Below, in pieces: positions 28,496-35,590 of a DNA stretch of 54,891 bases (the stretch's first letter is position 1; every line of letters starts with the position of its first letter). The DNA comes from Steroidobacteraceae bacterium. Its GTDB lineage: Bacteria > Pseudomonadota > Gammaproteobacteria > Steroidobacterales > Steroidobacteraceae. The notes under the pieces are model-generated. The model saw only the letters and a list, made by a program, of their open reading frames with translations. It made no database searches and had not been told where the DNA came from. The stretch lies in the NCBI GenBank assembly GCA_035566815.1, contig DATMQL010000115.1, forward strand, positions 1 to 54,891, read 5' to 3'. The position numbers were made by a program, and so were the translations under genes.

Positions 28496-28758
28496 AGGCC
28501 GCGGCTCTCGGAGAGCTTTTCGACCTTCTCGAAGACCAGGGACGGCTTGTCGGTGGCGCGGGAGTACGGGTGCCTGCGGCTCATCTCCGCCAGCGCGGCG
28601 TCGCGCTCTTCCGGCGACGGATACCAGTGCAGACGGTGCCATTCCGGGCCCAAAAGCTTACGGAACGGGTCGCCGGGCGGAAGGCTCACGCGAACCCCGT
28701 AGGGGCGCAGCTTCTCGATCGGCGGGACACGAAGGTTTTGTGGCTGGCTGATTCCCAT
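28492..28758 (-). CDS. hypothetical 88-aa protein
   Basis: Only the ORF supports this (MGISQPQNLRVPP...HWYPSPEERDAALAEMSRRHPYSR...). It does not overlap a better gene on the other strand. I recognise no motif. Confidence 0.45.
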   Translation of the reverse strand: MGISQPQNLRVPPIEKLRPYGVRVSLPPGDPFRKLLGPEWHRLHWYPSPEERDAALAEMSRRHPYSRATDKPSLVFEKVEKLSESRGL

Positions 28759-28818
28759 AGCCGCGGAAGCTTACGGGCTGAGGTGGCAAGATCGCAAGCC
28801 GTCGAAGACAATGGTCTC

Positions 28819-30183
28819 ATGAAAACTATTGCTGAGCCGGCCCGTGCGGTCGATGTCGTTCTGGAAACCGACGTGCTCGTCGTGGGTAGCGGACCGGGGG
28901 GGCTCGCGGCAGCGCTCGCCGCCGCACGCGCCGGTGCGCGCACCGCACTAATCGATCGGAACGGCTGCTTCGGTGGCAACATCACACAGGTTGGCGTCGA
29001 AGGTTTCGCCTGGTATCGACACGAGCACACCGTGGACTGCGAGGGGATCGGCATCGAGCTCGAGACCCGTGCAACGGCTATGGGCGCCGCGATGCCCGAG
29101 CCACAATCGCTCAGTCATGCGCTCGACGCCGAAATGTTCAAGTGGGTTGCCGATGTTCTCGTCGAGGAGGCGGGTATTACTCCGCTGCTGCATCGGCTAT
29201 GCGTGGCGCCGATCATGGAGAACGGCGCCATCCGTGGTGTGATCACTGAAAGCAAGGCGGGGCGTGAAGCGATCCTCGCCAAGCGCGTCATCGACGCGAC
29301 GGGCGATGCCGACATCGCGGCGCGCGCCGGCGCGCCGTACCATAAGACGCCGAAAGAGAAGATGATGGCGGCGTCCGTCATGTTCTCCATGTCAGGTGTC
29401 AACAAACAGCGCTTCATCGACTCGGTCAAGGCCGATCCGCAGACCTACGCCGACTGGTCCGGCAACGGCGAATGGGACTACGAGACGACGGGTAAGGAGG
29501 ATCAGCTGTTTTCCCCGTTCCTGCGCAAGCCGTTCAAGAAGGCGCTCGAGGCCGGCATCATTCCGCCGTATCTGCATACGATCGCCGGTACCTGGGGCAG
29601 TGTGACCGACCAGGGCGATCTGACCTATCTGAACCTCGTCCACGTACCGGAAATCGACGGCACCGATCCCAACGACCTGACGAAGGGTGAGATCCGTGGC
29701 CGTCGCGAGGCGATTTATGCGATGGAGGCGTTACGCAAATTCATGCCGGGTTGCGAGGACGCGAAGTTGCGTAACTTCGGCATGACGCTGGGCATTCGCG
29801 ACACCCGCAAGATCGACGCTCTCTACAACCTAACCGGGACCGACGTCCGCGAGCAGGCGCGGTTTGACGACGCAATCGGTATTTTTCCCGAGTTCATCGA
29901 TGGCTACGGCATCCTGATCCTGCCGACGACCGGCCGTTACTGGCACGTACCTTATCGGGCGCTCGTACCCAAGGGTGTCGGCAACCTGCTGGTCGCCGGA
30001 CGCTGTATCGGTGGTGACAACGTGTCGCATGCTTCGGCTCGCAACATGATGTGTTGTGCCGTCGGCGGCCAGGGTGCAGGTGTTGCCGCCGCCATCTCGC
30101 TGCAGCGTGATGAGCCGTTCGACGCACTCAACATCGGGGCGGTACAGAAGGAGCTCGCGCGCCAGGGCGCACGCTTCCGGTGA
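28819..30183 (+). CDS. FAD-dependent oxidoreductase (FAD_oxidored / GIDA-like fold), function unknown
   Basis: ORF 28570..30183; ATG at 28819. Dinucleotide fold DVLVVGSGPGGLAAALAAARAGARTALIDRNGCFGGN. The stop overlaps the start of the next gene. Confidence 0.8.
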   Translation: MKTIAEPARAVDVVLETDVLVVGSGPGGLAAALAAARAGARTALIDRNGCFGGNITQVGVEGFAWYRHEHTVDCEGIGIELETRATAMGAAMPEPQSLSHALDAEMFKWVADVLVEEAGITPLLHRLCVAPIMENGAIRGVITESKAGREAILAKRVIDATGDADIAARAGAPYHKTPKEKMMAASVMFSMSGVNKQRFIDSVKADPQTYADWSGNGEWDYETTGKEDQLFSPFLRKPFKKALEAGIIPPYLHTIAGTWGSVTDQGDLTYLNLVHVPEIDGTDPNDLTKGEIRGRREAIYAMEALRKFMPGCEDAKLRNFGMTLGIRDTRKIDALYNLTGTDVREQARFDDAIGIFPEFIDGYGILILPTTGRYWHVPYRALVPKGVGNLLVAGRCIGGDNVSHASARNMMCCAVGGQGAGVAAAISLQRDEPFDALNIGAVQKELARQGARFR

Positions 30184-31481
30184 GTCAGGCCGTCGTCAGC
30201 ACGGGTGACGAAGCTGGCTATGATCCTTCGCCCCTGCGCTGGTGGGCCCTGGCCCTCTCGGCCATCGCGATTTTCAGCAGTTACTACGAGTCAGATGCGA
30301 TCGGGCCGATAGCCGACCTGCTCGGGCGGCAACGCGGCCTGACCCAATTGCAGATCGGTGACCTGACCGCTGTCATAAGCCTGCCCAACATCCCACTCGC
30401 GGTGATCAACGGACTGCTGGTCGATCGTTATGGTCCCGCCCGCATATCCCTGTGGGCCGCGCTCATCGGCTTTGGCGGCGGTGTGCTGACCGCGATCGGG
30501 ACGCCCTATGACCTCATGTGGATCGGGCGCTTCGTGTTCGGTGTCAGCGAGGGTGCGATCTTCATCTCTCTGCTGGCGGGACTTGCGCAATGGTTTCCGC
30601 GCTCCGGCATCGCGCTGGCCACGGCGCTATTCCTGAGCCTCGCGCGTGTTGGATCTTTCTCGCTCGACACGTCGCCTTCCTGGGCGCGTTCGCTTTATGA
30701 CGCCGGCTGGCAGCCGCCGTTGTGGCTGGGCGCGGGAATCACCGGCATCGGCCTGCTGGCGGTGATTGCGATTCGGCTGCTCGACTCGAAACGGGTGCCG
30801 CTCGTGTCCGCCGGGCCCGCGCTGACCGGGCGAATGTCCTGGTCGGCGATCTGGAAGTTCGACCTGTCATATTGGTACATCCTCGGATTGCACGTGCTCT
30901 ACGCGGCCGTCTTCTTTCCCTTCCGGCAGACGTTTGCGATCGAGTACCTCCAGCACGCCAAGGGCCTGACATTGCAGCAGGCCGGCAGCGTCAATTCAGG
31001 AGTGTTTGCGGCTGCGGTTTTCGCGACCCCGCTGTTTGGATTGCTCGCGGATCGCTTCGGACATCGCGCGCTGATGCTCACTTTCGGGACGCTGCTGTTG
31101 CCCCTCACGTTCGTCGTGTTGGGGCTCACGGATCTCAGCCCCTGGATTTCCACCGTGCTCATGGGAGTGAGCTGGTCGCTGGTGCCGGCAGTCATCTGGC
31201 CGGCGACAACACTGCTCGTGGAGCAGCGGCGCCTGGGTACCGCGCTCGGCATCATCATCATGTTGCAGAATGTTGCCTTGTGGAGCTCCAACCGCTGCGC
31301 CGGCTGGCTGGCGGACCTGGCTGGTGCGGGTGCGGCGAATCCGGGCGGCTACGCCATCATGTTATGGTTTTTCGGTTTGCTCAGCCTTACGGCGCTGACC
31401 TCGGTGGTGCTGCTGTGGTGTCGGGAAAGCGGGCCGAACGGTCATGGATTGGAGCTCGCACGACCTGTTACAGGTCGATGA
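30180..31481 (+). CDS. MFS transporter
   Basis: The GTG at 30180 overlaps the upstream TGA (GTGA). About 12 hydrophobic segments and an MFS loop motif, GLLVDRYGPAR. Confidence 0.8.
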   Translation: MSQAVVSTGDEAGYDPSPLRWWALALSAIAIFSSYYESDAIGPIADLLGRQRGLTQLQIGDLTAVISLPNIPLAVINGLLVDRYGPARISLWAALIGFGGGVLTAIGTPYDLMWIGRFVFGVSEGAIFISLLAGLAQWFPRSGIALATALFLSLARVGSFSLDTSPSWARSLYDAGWQPPLWLGAGITGIGLLAVIAIRLLDSKRVPLVSAGPALTGRMSWSAIWKFDLSYWYILGLHVLYAAVFFPFRQTFAIEYLQHAKGLTLQQAGSVNSGVFAAAVFATPLFGLLADRFGHRALMLTFGTLLLPLTFVVLGLTDLSPWISTVLMGVSWSLVPAVIWPATTLLVEQRRLGTALGIIIMLQNVALWSSNRCAGWLADLAGAGAANPGGYAIMLWFFGLLSLTALTSVVLLWCRESGPNGHGLELARPVTGR

Positions 31482-31554
31482 CATTTGGTACTTTGCGATG
31501 GAAAGTAGTGACCGGGGCCCCGTATGATGGTGGGCCGGTTGCCTGGATGGGTTC

Positions 31555-32688
31555 ATGTCGCGAAGCCAATCGACTCAGAGGTTTGATCTCGCCGTTGTAG
31601 GCGCCGGCATCGTTGGCCTCGCCGCGGCCTTGGCCGCTGCCCGGCGCGGATTGCGTGTGATCGTGATCGATCGCGACGCGCAGGCGAACGGCGCGTCCGT
31701 CCGCAACTTCGGCTTCATAACCGTCACCGGACAAGACCGCAAATCGATGTGGGCGCGCGCGTGTCGCAGTCGCGAGATATGGCGCGACGTGGCTGCTGCG
31801 GCCGGCATACCGATCGTTCACACAGGCCTGTGGGTGACCGCCCGTCGCCCTGAATCGGTGCATGTATTAGAGGCGTTCATGGCGACCGAAATGGCCTCGG
31901 GGTGCCGGCTGTTGAGTCCCACCGAGGCGCGCAGGCGTTGCCCGCAATTGGTCGCGCCGGAAATGGCAGTGGTGCTCGAAAGCACTACTGAGCTGCGTGT
32001 CGAATCGCGTGAGGCTATTCCGCGTCTTGCTGCATGGCTTTCCGGTGCTCACGGGGTCACCTTCATGCGCGAGACCACCGTACGTGGCATCGACATGCCC
32101 AGCGTTCATACATCGCGCGGTACGGTGCAGGCTGATCGGGTGGCTGTTTGCCCCGGAGACGATTTCAACGGGCTGTATCCGGATCGCCTCGGGGCCTATG
32201 CCCTCACCCGTTGCAAGTTGCAGATGTTGCGACTGGCCGACCCCGGATTCAAATTGCCCGGCGCGTTGATGTCGGATCTTGGGCTGGTGCGATATCGAGG
32301 TTATGCGGATCTGGAAGCAGCCGAACCCCTGAAGACGCGCCTTGCCATCGAACAAGCGGATCATCTGAAGCATGGCGTGCATCTGATCGTCGTGCAAGGT
32401 GCGGACGGAAGCCTCGTCGTCGGGGACAGTCATCATTACGCCGCAACTCCAGACCCGTTTTCTTACGAGGAAGTCGATGAGCTGATTCTCGACGAGTTTC
32501 GTGCCGCACTGGGAATCGAGCCGCCGCCGACTGTCGAGCGTTGGATCGGGACATACGCCTCTGCCGCCGATCGCCCGGTGTTGATCGACGCTCCTGAAGA
32601 TTCCGTCCGCCTTGCGATCGTCACTTGCGGCGCGGGTGCGTCCACGGGTTTTGCGATCGGTGAGGAACTGGTCAGCAGTCTTTTCTAA
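31555..32688 (+). CDS. FAD-dependent amine oxidoreductase (DAO family; resembles the TIGR03364 clade linked to phosphonatase genes)
   Basis: RFDLAVVGAGIVGLAAALAAARRGLRVIVIDRDAQANGASVRNFGF; 377 aa. Ends 14 nt upstream of phnX. Confidence 0.75.
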   Translation: MSRSQSTQRFDLAVVGAGIVGLAAALAAARRGLRVIVIDRDAQANGASVRNFGFITVTGQDRKSMWARACRSREIWRDVAAAAGIPIVHTGLWVTARRPESVHVLEAFMATEMASGCRLLSPTEARRRCPQLVAPEMAVVLESTTELRVESREAIPRLAAWLSGAHGVTFMRETTVRGIDMPSVHTSRGTVQADRVAVCPGDDFNGLYPDRLGAYALTRCKLQMLRLADPGFKLPGALMSDLGLVRYRGYADLEAAEPLKTRLAIEQADHLKHGVHLIVVQGADGSLVVGDSHHYAATPDPFSYEEVDELILDEFRAALGIEPPPTVERWIGTYASAADRPVLIDAPEDSVRLAIVTCGAGASTGFAIGEELVSSLF

Positions 32689-32702
32689 ACTGGAGTTGTA
32701 AC

Positions 32703-33518
32703 GTGATCCTCAAAGACCGCTTCGACCTGGTCATTTTCGATTGGGCCGGCACGATGGTGGACTTCGGTTGCGAGGCACCGGTCAAGGCGCTGATCGAGGC
32801 ATTCGGCGCCGAGGGCGTGGTCATGGATGCGGCGACGGTACGACACGATATGGGCAAGGCTAAACGCGATCATGTCCGCAGCCTCCTGGCGGAGCCCCCG
32901 GTCGCGGCCGCCTGGCAGAGTCATCACGGCCATGTTGCGAACGAAGAGGACGTCGACATACTCGTCGCGCGTCTCGGTCCGTTGATGCGCGACTACGCGG
33001 CGCGCGCTTCCACACTTATACCCGGTGCACGGGAGGCTGTTGACCGGTTACGAGCCGCCGGTTTGAGGATTGCCTCCTCTACCGGATACACGCGTGAAAT
33101 GATGGAGCACGTTCTATCGCGGGCGGCGGCCCAGGGTTATGCACCCGAGCATGTCGTCTGTTCGGGCGAGGCATCGGCAGGGCGCCCTTCGCCGGCAATG
33201 ATATTCAAAGCTTGCGCGGAAATGGGCATTTCCCCCTCACGGGTCGTCAAAGTAGACGACGCGGAGGTTGGTATCGCGGAAGGCCGGGCCGCGGGTGCGT
33301 TCACTGTCGGAGTCGCATCGGGTAATGCGCTCGGTCTCTCGCTCGAGGACTTTCAGGCACTGTCATTGTCCGAGCGCGAGAAGCGGGTGGGGATTGCCCG
33401 CCAGGCGTTGCTCGATGCGGGCGCGGATCTCGTTGTCGGCTCGGTCGCGGAGTTGGTTCCCGCGCTCGAGCGGTCTATAGACGGTAACGGACCAGGGCAT
33501 CTCCCAGCGCATTCTTGA
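32703..33518 (+). CDS. phnX: phosphonoacetaldehyde hydrolase (phosphonatase)
   Basis: GTG start. HAD motif I FDWAGTMVDFGCEAP, Schiff-base Lys region MGKAKRDHV, SSTGYTREMM, AGRPSP, KVDDAEVGIAEGRAAG and SGNALGLSLEDFQALS. All are collinear with the B. cereus and P. aeruginosa PhnX sequences as I recall them. Confidence 0.88.
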   Translation: MILKDRFDLVIFDWAGTMVDFGCEAPVKALIEAFGAEGVVMDAATVRHDMGKAKRDHVRSLLAEPPVAAAWQSHHGHVANEEDVDILVARLGPLMRDYAARASTLIPGAREAVDRLRAAGLRIASSTGYTREMMEHVLSRAAAQGYAPEHVVCSGEASAGRPSPAMIFKACAEMGISPSRVVKVDDAEVGIAEGRAAGAFTVGVASGNALGLSLEDFQALSLSEREKRVGIARQALLDAGADLVVGSVAELVPALERSIDGNGPGHLPAHS

Positions 33519-35520
33519 GCGGCCCGAGCGCGAACTCGTAGTGCTTCCACTGGTCGAGGCCCTCGCGGAAGATCGGCTGCCGAACCTGCTCCGAGCTGGC
33601 CGTGCGTACGCTGCGCTCGGTCTTGTAAAACTCGACGCAGGCCGGCTCGAAGTCCAGCCCGCAGAAATCGAGAATCCGCCGCACGTTGTGCTCCAGGTCA
33701 TCGACCACGTCCTCGTGCCAGACCCGCAGCACCTTCCCCGGTAGCACCTCGTCCCAGTGTTGCATCAGCTCGAGATAGGTCCGGTAGTAGCGGGCGATAT
33801 CCTCGATGCTGTACGCAAACTCCTGGCCGCTGGCAAACAGCTGTTTCAGATTGCTGAAGCAGCACGCCAGCGGCTCACGCCGAGCGTCGATGATCCGGGC
33901 GTTCGGCAGCAGCAGGTGGATCAGGCCGATGTGTCTGAAGTTGTTCGGCATCTTGTCGATGAAGTAGGGCGGGGGCGCGCCAGCCGGGGGCGCCTGCGTC
34001 TCGCTCGTGCGGTAGACGCGCGTATCGCTCAAGTATTTTTCCCCCAGGCGCAGGAAGTCCTCGGCCTGAAGGCTCGCGAGCACTCCCGGGTAGCGTGGAT
34101 TGTCGAGGTCCGGATCGCGCCCCTGCAGATCGAGCGCGATGCGCGGAATGTCGGCGAGTTCCTGGGTTCCCTCGACGAGGGAATGTGACGCCAGGATCTG
34201 CTCCAGCAGCGTCGAGCCGGCACGGGGCAGCCCGAGGATGAAAATGGGGTCGGGGCTGCGAGCGCCGACGCCCGCGCGGCTCGCGAAAAACTCACGCGTG
34301 CAGACCTCGATCTGCCGGCGCGTGTTGGTCTCAATGATCTCCGGCCGATAGCGGCTTTCCTTTCTCTTCAGGCCGTTACCCTGCTCGTAGAAGCGCCACG
34401 ACTTCGGGTAATCGCCCCGATCCTCGAACGCCTTGCCGAGCGCGAAGCAGAGGTGATAGCGATCGACGAGCTCAGTGGCGGGCGCGGATTCGTCCGCGAC
34501 CATCTGCGCGATCTCGCCGTCGGTAAAGCGATAGGTCTTGAGATTCGCGAGGCTCCACCAGGCGTCGCCAAAACTCGGGCGGGCCGCTGCCGCGGCCCGA
34601 TACGCCTCGATGGATTCTTGCCGCCGTCCCAGGGTCTTGAGTGAATGGGCGACCGAGAGGCGCAGATCGGCCGCCTCCGGCGCGTCAACCAGGAGTTCCC
34701 GGTAGAGCGTAATCGCCTTCTCGTGCTCACCGAGCCCAACACATGTCGTCGCGTAGAGCGTCTTGTATTGTTTGTTATGGGGCTCGAGCTTCAGGAGGGC
34801 TTCGAGCTCCTTGCGCGCGGCAGCGTGCTTGTGACGCTCTGCCAACACGCAGGCAAAATCATAGCGGGCGGCCTGGTAGCCGGGGGCGAGCTGGAGCACG
34901 GCATCGAGCAGGAGCTCCGCATCATCGAGCACATCACGCTCGATGCCGATCCGCGCCAGCAAGCGCATGGCCTCGATGTGATTGCCATGTTGGAGGAGAT
35001 AGGCGCGGATGATGTTCTCTGCAGGTAGCAGATCGCCGTCAGAGAACAGGGACGTTGCCTGCATGACCTCCGGTGGAAGTCGCTGCAGGGTGGCGACATG
35101 CGCGGCGGCCACGCCGGCGTTGTCACTTTGCCCTGTCATCCGATAGAGACCCTCGAGCATGCTCCAGCTGGCGGGCAATGCCGGGTTGATGTTGACTCCC
35201 TTGAGGAAGGCATCGATTGCCCGTGGTGCATCCCGCAGTGTGACGTAGCAGTGTCCGCGCTCCTGGTACAAGCGGCTGAATCGCGGATGGTGGCGCTCGA
35301 GGCGCTCCAAAGTAGCGAGGGCCTCCGGAATCCGGCCCAGATACCGCTGGCTCATTGCGATGAGGTACAGCACATCGCGGTTTTCGGGTACTTCGACGGC
35401 GAGCGTCTCGGCCGCCCGCAAAGCCTCGGCGTGCTGGTGGCTCTTGAGGAGTTCGCGTATGAGGCGAACTTCCGGTTCCACCTGTGAGGTGGTAGGCGCT
35501 TCGGCTGCAGTAGAGTCCAT
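33475..35520 (-). CDS. TPR-repeat protein fused to a C-terminal sulfotransferase domain
   Basis: The N-terminal ~400 aa are TPR repeats. The C-terminal domain has the PAPS 5'-phosphosulfate loop GLPRAGSTLLEQILASH and a downstream ARREPLACCFSNLKQLF segment. It overlaps the phnX 3' end by 44 nt (convergent). Confidence 0.8.
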   Translation of the reverse strand: MDSTAAEAPTTSQVEPEVRLIRELLKSHQHAEALRAAETLAVEVPENRDVLYLIAMSQRYLGRIPEALATLERLERHHPRFSRLYQERGHCYVTLRDAPRAIDAFLKGVNINPALPASWSMLEGLYRMTGQSDNAGVAAAHVATLQRLPPEVMQATSLFSDGDLLPAENIIRAYLLQHGNHIEAMRLLARIGIERDVLDDAELLLDAVLQLAPGYQAARYDFACVLAERHKHAAARKELEALLKLEPHNKQYKTLYATTCVGLGEHEKAITLYRELLVDAPEAADLRLSVAHSLKTLGRRQESIEAYRAAAAARPSFGDAWWSLANLKTYRFTDGEIAQMVADESAPATELVDRYHLCFALGKAFEDRGDYPKSWRFYEQGNGLKRKESRYRPEIIETNTRRQIEVCTREFFASRAGVGARSPDPIFILGLPRAGSTLLEQILASHSLVEGTQELADIPRIALDLQGRDPDLDNPRYPGVLASLQAEDFLRLGEKYLSDTRVYRTSETQAPPAGAPPPYFIDKMPNNFRHIGLIHLLLPNARIIDARREPLACCFSNLKQLFASGQEFAYSIEDIARYYRTYLELMQHWDEVLPGKVLRVWHEDVVDDLEHNVRRILDFCGLDFEPACVEFYKTERSVRTASSEQVRQPIFREGLDQWKHYEFALGPLKNALGDALVRYRL

Positions 35521-35590
35521 CGAGATCCAGGCCAGATCAGGGCGGGCGGCGAATGCCCGCCCTGATTCTACTGCAGGCGGATCGGGTGCC

